This document shows positions 20,471 to 30,435 of a stretch of DNA of 64,000 nt, one piece after another. The notes under the pieces were generated by a model. The model was not told where the DNA came from and searched no databases. It saw nothing but the letters and a program-made list of their open reading frames with translations. The DNA lies in IMG/VR virus record IMGVR_UViG_3300034101_004588, positions 124,001-188,000 of that record. The stretch is one strand, 5' to 3'. Made by a program: the position numbers and the translations under genes. Positions within the stretch are counted from its first letter, which is position 1; the number at the start of each line of letters is the position of its first letter.

Positions 20471-20681
20471 ATCTTTCTTTAGCTAATTTGTCAATCCAAG
20501 ATTCCTTGTGTCTATATCTGTTCCAAAGATAATTCAACCACCAAACAAATCTTACAGCATAATGGAAAGGAAACATAACCATCACTCTTTGACCTCTAGG
20601 GTAGTCATAATATGCCATAGCCATCCAAGGTCTATCCATAAACCAATCATCAACTCTTTCAAAGAATATATTATTTTTCAT
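20436..20681 (-). CDS. hypothetical protein
   Basis: packed ORF. Confidence 0.45.
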   Translation of the reverse strand: MKNNIFFERVDDWFMDRPWMAMAYYDYPRGQRVMVMFPFHYAVRFVWWLNYLWNRYRHKESWIDKLAKERYDRFKEQNNLW

Positions 20682-20828
20682 GCCATTGATCTTCTAATGT
20701 CCATTTTAGATCTTGTCTAAGGTTTAGTTCTTCATCAGAATAGCCATAATTGATACCTTCAGGAAGATCAGCAGCCCTTTGAACTCTTAGGTCAATGTAC
20801 TTGAGTAATAGTTCTAATTGTTCTTTTG

Positions 20829-21149
20829 TCATAATTTAGGTACTCCTTGAGATAGAAGGAAATCATCTCCAAACTTTTCCCAATACTTTTTTGCTCTAGT
20901 CATAATACTATCAAGCACTTCTTTTCTATTTTGCTCTTTCATGGCTTCAATATCATTTTTAAGCTTTCGGTAAACCTCACCAATAGCAAATTTATTATCC
21001 TGAAGCATAAAGAGATCATCTTCAGACATTCTATGACAAGCCCAAAGGTCTGTTTGCTTTGATGGGCAATAGTCTCTAACTCTTATTTCAACCATTGGAC
21101 TCATTGTATTCATCCTTTTCAAATAGTTCTCTCCATCTCCATGGACCAT
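20829..21149 (-). CDS. hypothetical protein
   Basis: packed ORF. Confidence 0.45.
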   Translation of the reverse strand: MVHGDGENYLKRMNTMSPMVEIRVRDYCPSKQTDLWACHRMSEDDLFMLQDNKFAIGEVYRKLKNDIEAMKEQNRKEVLDSIMTRAKKYWEKFGDDFLLSQGVPKL

Positions 21150-21285
21150 AAGCTGACATTGACAGAAAGAGACCTAATACCACCCACCACCCTGACCATC
21201 CCTGCCAACCATAAAGGTAAATAGAGCCTCCCAGAACTAAAGATTCCCAGAAGATAATATAGATCAAGTATGTTAAAGCTCTCAT
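21088..21285 (-). CDS. small membrane protein
   Basis: two hydrophobic segments. Confidence 0.5.
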   Translation of the reverse strand: MRALTYLIYIIFWESLVLGGSIYLYGWQGWSGWWVVLGLFLSMSAYGPWRWRELFEKDEYNESNG

Positions 21286-21617
21286 TTTGTCTTAGAATGT
21301 TTTGTGCAAAGAGTTTCATACCCTTCTTGAGTACATTCACTCTCAGGGGTGGTTAGCTTTCTAATTGCTTTATTTGTTTCAAAATCGTTTAATGCTATGA
21401 ATTTACCACAAACATCACATCTGTTCCATATCTCTTGTTTCATTTTGTCTTAAACTGAAATTTAGCATCACCATTTGCATCAGCAACCCATTCAGCTGCT
21501 CCAGCCTTTACAGCTTCTTTTTGCCATTGATGTCCACTAACAGCACCACCAAAGATGAATATTGCTATTAGGACAAAGATTAGCATCAGTATATATACAG
21601 GACCATTTTCGTTCATA

Positions 21618-21935
21618 TTAAATTTCTATATCTTCTAGTATTTCGTTAACAACTTCAGAAACATATCCAACTGAGTTCCTCATATTTTGTATTTGTTTAC
21701 CTAAAGATGACTGGCAAATTTCTCTAGGGGTAGCTGTTTCATTTACAGTTTTATCAACTTGTTTTAGAACAGGTTTAAGTCTTTTTGCAAGCAGATCTGT
21801 AACAAGATGATTAAGCACTTTAATTTCTTCTTCAAGCTTAGTAAGCTCCCTAATAATTTCTGGTTCTCTTACAGGTGTTTCAGTATCATATATAGTATTG
21901 TATTTTGTATTCATAGAGTTCTTGGATCTACCCAT
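21618..21935 (-). CDS. hypothetical coiled-coil protein
   Basis: packed ORF. Confidence 0.45.
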   Translation of the reverse strand: MGRSKNSMNTKYNTIYDTETPVREPEIIRELTKLEEEIKVLNHLVTDLLAKRLKPVLKQVDKTVNETATPREICQSSLGKQIQNMRNSVGYVSEVVNEILEDIEI

Positions 21936-22165
21936 TTTAGTATAGGTAGAGGGGTGTTCAACAGCATTTCTATAAATGCTTCTCCTTTATGGGTTAAGGC
22001 ATAGGTATGATTTATCTTCTCAACCTTTTCTACCAGGCCATTTGTGATAAAGTATTGCAATTCACTTTTATGAATTTCAGCAGGAATATCATTTGGTTTG
22101 AGTGTCTGGGTTGTATGAATTTTTAACAGAAGCTTAATCTGCAGAGGTGACCAATTAGTGTTCAT
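21911..22165 (-). CDS. hypothetical protein, winged-helix-like
   Basis: FITNGLVEK...YALTHKGEAFIE pattern. Confidence 0.4.
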   Translation of the reverse strand: MNTNWSPLQIKLLLKIHTTQTLKPNDIPAEIHKSELQYFITNGLVEKVEKINHTYALTHKGEAFIEMLLNTPLPILKWVDPRTL

Positions 22166-22166
22166 A

Positions 22167-22394
22167 TTATTCTAATTCAGGTAAGTTTCTATGTAGTTTT
22201 AATTCTACTATAAAGTCTCTAACCTTCTCAATAGTAGCATCATCACAATCTTTAAAACTTCCACTATCATATTTGAGCTTTGACCTGCACTCAGATAAGA
22301 TATCACTAATAGTAAGGAGTGCATCCAATCCTGCTACAGCATAAGCATGGTCAGATTTCTCTTCAGGTAGATTGAATTTGAGAATAGCCTTCAC
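22167..22394 (-). CDS. hypothetical protein
   Basis: MKAILKFNLPEE start recalled from other phages. Confidence 0.55.
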   Translation of the reverse strand: MKAILKFNLPEEKSDHAYAVAGLDALLTISDILSECRSKLKYDSGSFKDCDDATIEKVRDFIVELKLHRNLPELE

Positions 22395-22736
22395 TTACTC
22401 TTTATGATACCATTTATTCGAAGTAACACAATCCTCATATTTGACATTATACTTTTCCAAGTATTCTTCAAACTCAATATCTTTGCTATCTTCATTAAAG
22501 ACATAATCAAAGAGCCAGTCTTGACCTTTTTGATTGAGCCTTAAGTCATTGGCTAAGAGATCATAAACTGAATCAATGTGCCTTTGAAGCCTTTGAATGT
22601 ACTCTCGGTCTTTAAAGATCCGATCTTCTGGATGCTCATTAAACTTTGTATAATGTTCTTTAGTAATAGTAGAGGCATCTGGCCCGTAGTGTTTAGTAAT
22701 AGTTAAGTGTGTAGGTTTTTTTGATTTAGTTTTCAT
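22395..22736 (-). CDS. hypothetical protein
   Basis: packed ORF. Confidence 0.5.
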   Translation of the reverse strand: MKTKSKKPTHLTITKHYGPDASTITKEHYTKFNEHPEDRIFKDREYIQRLQRHIDSVYDLLANDLRLNQKGQDWLFDYVFNEDSKDIEFEEYLEKYNVKYEDCVTSNKWYHKE

Positions 22737-22737
22737 A

Positions 22738-23151
22738 TTAGCTGTTCCAACAATTGTCTGTAGGATCTAAGTTTTTATCATGTTTACCCCAACCAGGTAG
22801 ACTAGAAGCTTTAACATGATCTGAAGAAGGAGGGTTACACATACCATGCACCCATTTGTTCTTTTGAACCTCTTGAAATGGGGTATATTCTTTACCATAA
22901 CAATCAGTTATATTATCACTATCTCCCATGCAGCACCCGTGAGCGTCTTCGTCAATTACATCATCAGTCTCATCATTAACTATCTCTAAATGTCCGTCAA
23001 AGACAAAACCACAAGCTTTCAAATAACACTGAAAATTCCAGAGTATTTGAGTAATAGTGACTTCTCCGGGTATATCAAAAGTTACATCAAGAGGTGAGAA
23101 GTCTTCACATTCTTCGTTATAGATATATTTGAATTGATGTTTTGCATTCAT
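22738..23151 (-). CDS. hypothetical protein
   Basis: packed ORF. Confidence 0.5.
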   Translation of the reverse strand: MNAKHQFKYIYNEECEDFSPLDVTFDIPGEVTITQILWNFQCYLKACGFVFDGHLEIVNDETDDVIDEDAHGCCMGDSDNITDCYGKEYTPFQEVQKNKWVHGMCNPPSSDHVKASSLPGWGKHDKNLDPTDNCWNS

Positions 23152-23165
23152 ATTTTTTTAAAAGG

Positions 23166-23238
23166 TGGGCCCGGTAGGATTCGAACCTACAACCAATCGA
23201 TTATGAGCCGACTGCTCTAACCATTGAGCTACAAGCCC
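23166..23238 (-). tRNA. tRNA-Ile2(CAT), lysidine type probable
   Basis: loop CTCATAA; body resembles bacterial ileX (GGTTAGAGCAGxCGxCTCATAATCG). Confidence 0.8.
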
Positions 23239-23454
23239 GAAAATTTATTGAGAATTTTTTATCATGTATTGTCTTTGTTCAATATAGATTTGTTTTTTAA
23301 AATTTTCAACATCTTTTTTAATATATCCTTGAATTAAACTAACTATAAAGAAACAAGTAATAAAAGCACCTGCAAAAATTCCAAAAGCAATTATTAAATT
23401 ATCTTTATTCATTTAATTTAGGATAATATATTTTTTAAAAACATCAACAATTAT

Positions 23455-23817
23455 TCACTGAAACAATTGTAAAATTTGAGGGTTGTCTGATAAAAATTGA
23501 GCTATTTTATTAATTAAATCTTTTGCCATTTCTTCATTATGTAAAAATATTTCAGGATTTTTTGAAAAAAAGTTATGGGAATAAATTGCCATAGTAAATG
23601 TTGAGATAGCTGGAATAAATCCTACATACTCTCTCCTTATTTCATCCTGATTAAGCCATTTTAATATATCTTTTCCTTTGTTAATCCAATCTTTGGCAGT
23701 GAAGATAAAGTTTTTAAAATCTTTTAAAGAAAATCCTTCTACCAAACATGCTTCATAAACTAAAGCCATTTTTTGTTGTTCTGTCATTTGAATACTTATT
23801 CTAAAATATGGGTCCAC
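23455..23817 (-). CDS. hypothetical protein
   Basis: probable start MTEQQKMALVYE. Confidence 0.5.
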   Translation of the reverse strand: MDPYFRISIQMTEQQKMALVYEACLVEGFSLKDFKNFIFTAKDWINKGKDILKWLNQDEIRREYVGFIPAISTFTMAIYSHNFFSKNPEIFLHNEEMAKDLINKIAQFLSDNPQILQLFQ

Positions 23818-23898
23818 CCGGATTCGAACCGGGATCTCGCCGCCGTCGCGCAGCTTCTGGTGTATAAGACCAGTGTTTTACCGTTAAACTATAGACCC
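23809..23898 (-). tRNA. tRNA-Ile(TAT) with long variable arm
   Basis: 7-bp acceptor, CTGGT-CTTATAC-ACCAG, about 23-nt GC-rich V arm, canonical T arm. Confidence 0.85.
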
Positions 23899-24101
23899 TA
23901 AAATTTATCTCACGTTTAAACTTTCTTTATCTAAAATCATAGCTGGTAAAAATTTTTGATCAACTATAATCTTCAACTCATCTATTTGTGTCTGTAATTC
24001 TTTTGTTTGTTTAAAATAGATTACAAATAAAATAATAATCATTCCAATAAGGAAACCAAAGAAAATATCTAAATCAAATTTCATATATTTGTAAAGTTGT
24101 A

Positions 24102-24443
24102 TTAATCATAAAGTTTAATGTTTTTAAGACCTTGCCAATCTGGGTCATCTACAACTGACGTCCATCCTTTTCGCCATTCTAAAACGCTATTAGAGTAATG
24201 TTTTTTTCCGTCTTCGTCAACATGAACTGTACGAACATATTTTACTTCAATGTCTTTAAACATTTTTTCAAGACGAGCTTCTAACATTTTAATAGGCTTC
24301 ATCCAAGAAGGTTGCTTGCTTGACCAAAAATCATAATAAGGTTTATACCAATAGACCAGGTCATAAACCCTTTCCGTCTTTTCTCCAATGACAATGTCCT
24401 TGAAGTGTTTTTTTCCTTTTAGTCTGTAAACGTATGCTCCCAT
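24102..24443 (-). CDS. hypothetical protein
   Basis: ORF with own sigma70-like promoter (TTGTCT-TTCCC at about 24490). Confidence 0.55.
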   Translation of the reverse strand: MGAYVYRLKGKKHFKDIVIGEKTERVYDLVYWYKPYYDFWSSKQPSWMKPIKMLEARLEKMFKDIEVKYVRTVHVDEDGKKHYSNSVLEWRKGWTSVVDDPDWQGLKNIKLYD

Positions 24444-24511
24444 AGATTTATTTTTGTTATGTAAACATTATGGAGAATATTATCGGGAAAGACAAGCAAA
24501 AAATAAAAAAA

Positions 24512-24582
24512 CTGCCTTGCTACGACTCGAACGTAGAAAAGGAGATCCAAATTCTCCTGTGATACCATTTCACCACAAGGCA
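24512..24582 (-). tRNA. tRNA-Gln(TTG)
   Basis: GGAGA-ATTTGGA-TCTCC, U1-A72. Confidence 0.88.
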
Positions 24583-24593
24583 TTTTTAATATT

Positions 24594-24676
24594 TAGGAGT
24601 GAAAGGATTCGAACCTTCTAAGCCAATGGCATCAGATTTACAGTCTGAAGTAACTCTCCAACGTTACCGCACTCCT
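24594..24676 (-). tRNA. tRNA-Tyr(GTA)
   Basis: TCAGA-CTGTAAA-TCTGA, long V arm. Confidence 0.9.
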
Positions 24677-24747
24677 GTATATTATATATACATCATATCC
24701 TCCAAAAATAACTTGATTTTTTCAATAAATTTGAGATAATAAAACTC

Positions 24748-25032
24748 ATGAAAGAGCTACCCAAAGAGATATCAAAAAAAGGGTTTATTTACACCCAAAT
24801 AAAAAGAAAAAAGAATATAGCTATTTACGAGCAAAAATCTAATACTTTATTAAAACAAAAGCCTTCTTATGAGGTTATTAAAATTAAAGCTCATAAAGGA
24901 CTAACTATAGCAGACACCTATTTACCTCCTTCTGAAATGTACCCTCCATCTACTCAATGGGGAGTTGCTGGATTTACTTATTCAGATTTAGAAGCAGCAG
25001 AAGAAAGATTTAATCAATTGTTACATGTTTAA
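24748..25032 (+). CDS. hypothetical protein
   Basis: plus-strand ORF. Confidence 0.55.
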   Translation: MKELPKEISKKGFIYTQIKRKKNIAIYEQKSNTLLKQKPSYEVIKIKAHKGLTIADTYLPPSEMYPPSTQWGVAGFTYSDLEAAEERFNQLLHV

Positions 25033-25216
25033 GATTCTTTTTTATTTGGCAATTTTATTTTTAATACTTTCTTATATAGTATTTGCTCCTTTCATGTTTA
25101 TTTGGAGTTTAAATACTTTATTCAAATTAAACGTAGAATATAATTTTTATACATGGATTGCAGTCTATACCTTGTTGATTTTATTAGATTTATCTAAAGG
25201 GTTGATTAAAAAATAA
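25025..25216 (+). CDS. small membrane protein
   Basis: two hydrophobic segments. Confidence 0.5.
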   Translation: MFKILFYLAILFLILSYIVFAPFMFIWSLNTLFKLNVEYNFYTWIAVYTLLILLDLSKGLIKK

Positions 25217-25224
25217 GTATTATT

Positions 25225-25617
25225 ATGAAACTCAATAAGACCCAAATTAAAACAATTCACAAAAGATGTTTAAGTCTTATTAAACGCAAGGAACCTTCTT
25301 TTTTTATTTTCAGAAAATTGAGAGGAGCAATGGGGTATATGTTGTGGGAAGATGAAAAAAATGAAGAAAAAATAGAAATAGATTATCGAAAATCTTTATT
25401 ACCTACAGTCATTCATGAATGTATACACTATCTATATCCAGAATGGAATGAAACAGAAGTACTATATGCAGAATCAAGAGTAGTTAATCATTTAGATTCT
25501 TTTGAGATGGCAAAAATATTAAAATTGTTTAGTGAAAAACTCTATAAAAATGAAAAATCTATAAGAGTTAAAAAGAAAATTGCAAAAAAAAGACACAAAA
25601 AAAACTGCAATTTGTAA
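25225..25617 (+). CDS. hypothetical protein with HExxH
   Basis: TVIHECIHYLYPEW. Confidence 0.55.
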   Translation: MKLNKTQIKTIHKRCLSLIKRKEPSFFIFRKLRGAMGYMLWEDEKNEEKIEIDYRKSLLPTVIHECIHYLYPEWNETEVLYAESRVVNHLDSFEMAKILKLFSEKLYKNEKSIRVKKKIAKKRHKKNCNL

Positions 25618-25657
25618 TTTAGTTTAAATTCATAATGTTACATATATAACAGTTCAA

Positions 25658-27712
25658 TTGAATTTTTCGACAAAAAAGATAATTAAAAATAATCACATGA
25701 ATAATACAAATGAAGCTAAAGTTACTACCTCATATGTTTCTGATATACTACCAGAAGAATTTCTTAATAAATACATAAACAAACAAGTTCCTTGGGGTTT
25801 TAATGGTCTCGGTTATATTGTGTATAAAAGAACATATGCAAGAAAGCTAGAAAATTCTAATCAAACAGAAGAATGGTGGCAAACAGTAGCTAGGTGTATT
25901 AACGGTTCTCAAAAACTTGGGGCAGATTATACAACAGAAGAAGCTCAAAGATTATTTGATTTAGTGTTCAATCTTAAATGTAATTTTGCAGGAAGAATGT
26001 TGTGGCAGCTTGGTACTAGTACAGTTGATCGGTTTGGAGCTAATAGTCTTTTAAATTGTTGGTTTGTTGCTATTAATGATCCTAAAGCATTTCTTTTCAT
26101 TTTTGAAAATTTAATGCTTGGTGGTGGAGTTGGATTCTCTATACGCAGAGAAGATATTCATGAACTTCCTAAAGTAAAGAAAAATGTGTCTGTAAACCAT
26201 TTAAATACAAAAGACGCAGATTTTATAGTTCCAGATTCTCGCCAAGGTTGGGTTGAATTACTTCGAAAAATTTTAGAAGCTTTTTATGTAAATGGTAAAT
26301 CTTTTTCTTATTCTACTATTTTAGTTAGAGGAGCCGGAGAAAGAATTTCAGGTTTTGGTGGTTTAGCTTCTGGTCCAGGTCCTCTTATTGACGGAGTTCA
26401 AAGAATAATAAAAATTTTCTCTTCCAGAGAGGGGAAAAAATTAAGATCAATAGATGTATTAGATATCTGTAATATTATTGGTTCAGTGGTTGTAGCAGGT
26501 AATGTTCGTAGATCTGCTCAGATTGCTCTTGGAGATCCGGATGATTATCTTTACCTTAGAGCTAAAAACTGGTCTTTAGGAACTATACCTAACTGGAGAG
26601 CAATGTCTAATAATACAATTTATGCTGATGAGTTTGATCATATTTCTAACGAGATATGGGAAAATGGATATGTTACAGACTCTAAAACAGGATTTGCTAA
26701 AGGAGAACCTTACGGATTTTTTAATTTACCTCTTTCACAAAAATGCGGACGTACAAAAGATGGTCCCATGAAATCTAGCAAACTATACCCTACAGATGAA
26801 GATAATGTTCAAGGAACTAATCCTTGTGGAGAGATCAGTTTGTCTTCTTATGAATGTTGTAATTTAGCAGAATTGTATTTAAATAATATTGAATCAAAAG
26901 AAGAATTATTTGATTGTGCAAAACTTTTATATAAAAGTCAAAAAGCTATTGCTTCATTACCTTTTATCCATGAAGAAACCAATAAAATTGTACATAAAAA
27001 TATGCGACTAGGTCTTGGTGTTACAGGTATCTGTCAATCTATTGATAAATTACCTTGGTTAGACGAATGTTATGTTCAGTTAAGAAAATTTGACAAAGAA
27101 TGGAGCAAACAAAAAGGTTATCCACAAAGTATTAAATTAACAACAACAAAACCTAGTGGTACATTATCTTTACTAGCTGGTTCAACTCCTGGAGTACATC
27201 CAGCTTATTCTCAATATTACATACGCAGAGTAAGAATGGCTTCATCTGATGCTCTAGTTTCTGTGTGTAGAGAGTTAGGATACCAAGTAGAGTATGCATT
27301 AAATTTTGACGGTACAGAAAACCATGATACAGTAGTAGTAAGCTTTCCTTGTTCTGCTGGAACACAATCAATATTAGCAAAAGATATGTCAGCAATACAA
27401 CAATTAGAATTAGTTAAACAAATTCAAAGTGTGTGGAGTGATAATGCGGTTTCCGTGACAGTATATTATCGTAAAGAGGAATTAACAGAAATTAAAGAGT
27501 GGTTAAAAAATAATTTTGAAGAAAATATCAAATCTGTAAGCTTTTTATTACATAACGAACACGGATTTGTACAAGCTCCTTACGAAGAAATAAGTGAAGA
27601 AAATTATAATAAAATGTCTTCTAAAGTAAAGCTCATTACAACTTTATATAATACAGGTTATGGTGATTTAGAAACTTTAGAATGCGCCGGCGGAGTATGT
27701 CCTGTTAAATAA
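25658..27712 (+). CDS. nrdJ: adenosylcobalamin-dependent (class II) ribonucleotide reductase
   Basis: VYKRTYAR, LLNCW, GNVRRSA, GTNPCGEI, CNLAE, KPSGT, C-terminal CAGGVCPVK; ATG start probably 25697. Confidence 0.92.
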   Translation: MNFSTKKIIKNNHMNNTNEAKVTTSYVSDILPEEFLNKYINKQVPWGFNGLGYIVYKRTYARKLENSNQTEEWWQTVARCINGSQKLGADYTTEEAQRLFDLVFNLKCNFAGRMLWQLGTSTVDRFGANSLLNCWFVAINDPKAFLFIFENLMLGGGVGFSIRREDIHELPKVKKNVSVNHLNTKDADFIVPDSRQGWVELLRKILEAFYVNGKSFSYSTILVRGAGERISGFGGLASGPGPLIDGVQRIIKIFSSREGKKLRSIDVLDICNIIGSVVVAGNVRRSAQIALGDPDDYLYLRAKNWSLGTIPNWRAMSNNTIYADEFDHISNEIWENGYVTDSKTGFAKGEPYGFFNLPLSQKCGRTKDGPMKSSKLYPTDEDNVQGTNPCGEISLSSYECCNLAELYLNNIESKEELFDCAKLLYKSQKAIASLPFIHEETNKIVHKNMRLGLGVTGICQSIDKLPWLDECYVQLRKFDKEWSKQKGYPQSIKLTTTKPSGTLSLLAGSTPGVHPAYSQYYIRRVRMASSDALVSVCRELGYQVEYALNFDGTENHDTVVVSFPCSAGTQSILAKDMSAIQQLELVKQIQSVWSDNAVSVTVYYRKEELTEIKEWLKNNFEENIKSVSFLLHNEHGFVQAPYEEISEENYNKMSSKVKLITTLYNTGYGDLETLECAGGVCPVK

Positions 27713-27853
27713 ACCTATGAACGGCAAAGGCGATAAATGGCGTAAAACAGATTACAAAAAATATTTTACCAATTGGGAAAATATTAAATTATTTCCAAAT
27801 AAAAATACAAAAACAAAGATTAAAAAGAATAAAAATAAAACAACTTATGTTTA

Positions 27854-28060
27854 TTAATCTTCTTTGTCTTCTTCGTCTTCTTTGGAATCTATATTCTTTT
27901 TTTCTACTTTAGCTATAGCTTCTTCTTTACTCATACCTGAAGCTACCATACGAGCAATCAAAACATCTTTATAATTGTTTTTGCCGTCTTTGTTTTGATC
28001 TTCTTTTTCTAAAGTTAATGTTTTGAGATATTCTTCTAAGATATTATTGAATTTTGACAT
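27854..28060 (-). CDS. small late protein with EF-hand-like repeat
   Basis: MSKFNNILEE leader; DQNKDGKNNYKD. Confidence 0.5.
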   Translation of the reverse strand: MSKFNNILEEYLKTLTLEKEDQNKDGKNNYKDVLIARMVASGMSKEEAIAKVEKKNIDSKEDEEDKED

Positions 28061-28061
28061 A

Positions 28062-28271
28062 TTATTTATTTCTTAATTTTGCTAAAACTGCCCCTGCAAC
28101 TTTTTTTCCAGCTTCTTTTGATCCGTATTTTTTACCAGCCGATTTTGCAATTTTTTTAAACATTTTACCAGGTTTACCAATATCTTTACCTTTGCGAGCT
28201 TGTTTAGGTGAATAAGATTTTTTAGCTTCTTCTATTACCTGATTATAAAACCTATCGAATTTAGTGTCCAT
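28062..28271 (-). CDS. small basic Lys/Gly-rich late protein
   Basis: upstream TAAATA; KKIAKSAGKKYGSKEAGKKVAGAVLAK. Confidence 0.55.
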   Translation of the reverse strand: MDTKFDRFYNQVIEEAKKSYSPKQARKGKDIGKPGKMFKKIAKSAGKKYGSKEAGKKVAGAVLAKLRNK

Positions 28272-28272
28272 A

Positions 28273-28896
28273 TTATATATTTATACAAATATCATTCAGT
28301 TTTGACATAAGTGTTTCATCTTTTATATAATGAAAAGATACATAGTCTGCTATTTTATCTTCTGGTATGTTGTAATAAGAAGGAGGATGACATTTAAAAA
28401 TATCATTATGAGTAAATTTTATACCTTTTTCTCGGGTATTTAATCCAAAAGTAACATCACTATGAGTAGTTTTAAAATTTTTAAAATCTTTATATAAAGG
28501 TATTAAATTCTGATGCACTAAAAATCCTGCTCCTCCTTGTGGGTAATGTAAATCACCATAACATCCAAAACAATCCATACCATGAACAGATTGTGGATCA
28601 AAATTTTGTAGAATTTTTAATAAGAATTTTGTGTTAACAAAACAATCATCATCACAAAAATAAAACCACTCATATTCATTAATTAAATTCTTGTTAATAT
28701 ATTCAAAAATTCCTTTAATTTTTTCTTCCACGTCATCTACATCACATACTTTAATAATTTTGTTATTTTTATCTTCATATTCAGCATAAAAATGTATATC
28801 ACAATTTTTGCCCCAAGTATTTAAAATTGCTTGTTGTCTTTCCTTGCTATTAAGATATTTTTCAGAAGTTAATATTAAAATCAATAAAGGTTTCAT
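28273..28896 (-). CDS. Fringe-like (GT-A, GT31-type) glycosyltransferase
   Basis: TWGK, WFYFCDDDCFVN, YPQGGAG, SDVTFG, SFH. Confidence 0.75.
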   Translation of the reverse strand: MKPLLILILTSEKYLNSKERQQAILNTWGKNCDIHFYAEYEDKNNKIIKVCDVDDVEEKIKGIFEYINKNLINEYEWFYFCDDDCFVNTKFLLKILQNFDPQSVHGMDCFGCYGDLHYPQGGAGFLVHQNLIPLYKDFKNFKTTHSDVTFGLNTREKGIKFTHNDIFKCHPPSYYNIPEDKIADYVSFHYIKDETLMSKLNDICINI

Positions 28897-29345
28897 ATAT
28901 TTTTATTTAGAAACTTTTCATTTATTTCAATACATTCTATACTATAAAATTTAAAAATATCTAAAGCAGATTTGTCTCTGTCATACATTTCTTTATATAC
29001 AACCTTTTTAATCCCGTGACCAGCTATAAGTGTTGCACAGGATTTGCAGGGTAATAAAGTTGTTGCTAGTGTTTTACATTTTCCTCTTTCAAACAAAGAT
29101 AATAGATTAGCCTCTGCGTGAATCATGTACGGCAATCTCTGATCTCGGTCTTTCCAAAAATTTTTAGGAGCCTTTTTGCCAGGAGCTAAACCATTATAAG
29201 CAACACCTATAACTCTGTTATTATAATCAAGAGCGCAGGCTCCTACTTTTCTCCAAGGGTCTTCGGATCTTAAAGCAGCTACTTCTGCTATCTTTAAAGC
29301 ATAAACATCCCAATTTAAGCGCTTTGTTTTAAAAATAAATTCCAT
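28893..29345 (-). CDS. dCMP deaminase
   Basis: RSEDPWRKVGA, GYN-like AYNG, HAEAN, PCKSC. Confidence 0.88.
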   Translation of the reverse strand: MEFIFKTKRLNWDVYALKIAEVAALRSEDPWRKVGACALDYNNRVIGVAYNGLAPGKKAPKNFWKDRDQRLPYMIHAEANLLSLFERGKCKTLATTLLPCKSCATLIAGHGIKKVVYKEMYDRDKSALDIFKFYSIECIEINEKFLNKNI

Positions 29346-29905
29346 TCTTTTATATTGTGTTTGTTTCTTATATAATGAAAAGCTGGTAGTTCTTTAGGAG
29401 GTTCTGGAGTTTTTAATAATTTAAGACCTGCCTCTTTAGGCAATAAGTCTGCTTTTTTAGCGTTTATTGTTTTGTGAGCCAATACACAGTTAGACCAATC
29501 AGTTTTACCTCCTCTTGATTTTGGTATTACATGATCAATATTCCCTTCACCTGGTTTTAATTTTTTCCCTGTATATTGACAAGTACCATTATCTCTAAAC
29601 CAAATAGCTTTGGACGAAAACCTAGGTCTTCTTTTAGGAACTCTATCAAATTTACACAACACAATAACTTTAGGAACTCTTATTTTTCCTTTTACTGTGT
29701 TAATAAAATCATCTTCCTCTCTTACTGAAAGATTCATCCATTCTTTCCATTTGAGGGGAACCATGTTGTCCAAGCCTTCTATGTTTAAAGCAGTAGCTGT
29801 ATCTGTCATAAGCATAGCAAAAGTTTCGGCAGGACTTTTGACATGAATAGCTTGCCAATTTCTATTTAAAACTAAAACTATATCTTTGTATAATATACTA
29901 TTCAT
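29315..29905 (-). CDS. HNH endonuclease
   Basis: RDNGTCQYTG...NIDHVIPKSRGG...NCVLAHKTIN. Confidence 0.85.
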   Translation of the reverse strand: MNSILYKDIVLVLNRNWQAIHVKSPAETFAMLMTDTATALNIEGLDNMVPLKWKEWMNLSVREEDDFINTVKGKIRVPKVIVLCKFDRVPKRRPRFSSKAIWFRDNGTCQYTGKKLKPGEGNIDHVIPKSRGGKTDWSNCVLAHKTINAKKADLLPKEAGLKLLKTPEPPKELPAFHYIRNKHNIKEWNLFLKQSA

Positions 29906-30432
29906 TTTAAAGATTTTTTTTGTTCTTCTGTTCTAAAATCGAACCAAACCGGACATTTATATCTTTTACCTGCTGCTAAATGTTCTTGTAATTCTTTTTC
30001 TATACGAGAAGCCATTTCATAATCTCCTCTTTCTTTTAAAATCTTAATAGTTCTCCTAGCTCTCATTCTACCAGACAATTTATATTTTTTGATTCTTTGA
30101 TGTTTATTGTCTACTCTGTAACCATATTTTTTAAAAATATCTTCCGGAGAATACGGCTTATCTGCCAAGGACCAAACCGCATAATATTTTTTATCAGAAC
30201 CACCCATCATATAATTATTGCAATAAAATTTACGACTTAAAGAATCAATCATATTGATTCTATATTTTCCGATACCTAGCCGCATATTACCAGTAGTATA
30301 AAATTTGGTTTTCTCTTTCAATAAAACAGGTTCATGAGTTTCTGCATCAAAAACATAACCTCCTTCTGGTCCATAAAGATTCATATCTTTAAAAACCTGA
30401 CCTTGATAATTGTCCAATTTACAAAAAGCCAT
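29902..30432 (-). CDS. hypothetical protein
   Basis: 176-aa ORF. Confidence 0.55.
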   Translation of the reverse strand: MAFCKLDNYQGQVFKDMNLYGPEGGYVFDAETHEPVLLKEKTKFYTTGNMRLGIGKYRINMIDSLSRKFYCNNYMMGGSDKKYYAVWSLADKPYSPEDIFKKYGYRVDNKHQRIKKYKLSGRMRARRTIKILKERGDYEMASRIEKELQEHLAAGKRYKCPVWFDFRTEEQKKSLK

Positions 30433-30435
30433 ATA

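Noticed and set aside
29315-29905. HNH gene as an intron-encoded or mobile homing endonuclease
   Set aside because: The neighbours are intact, no intron structure is seen, and it is embedded in a normal overlapping operon.
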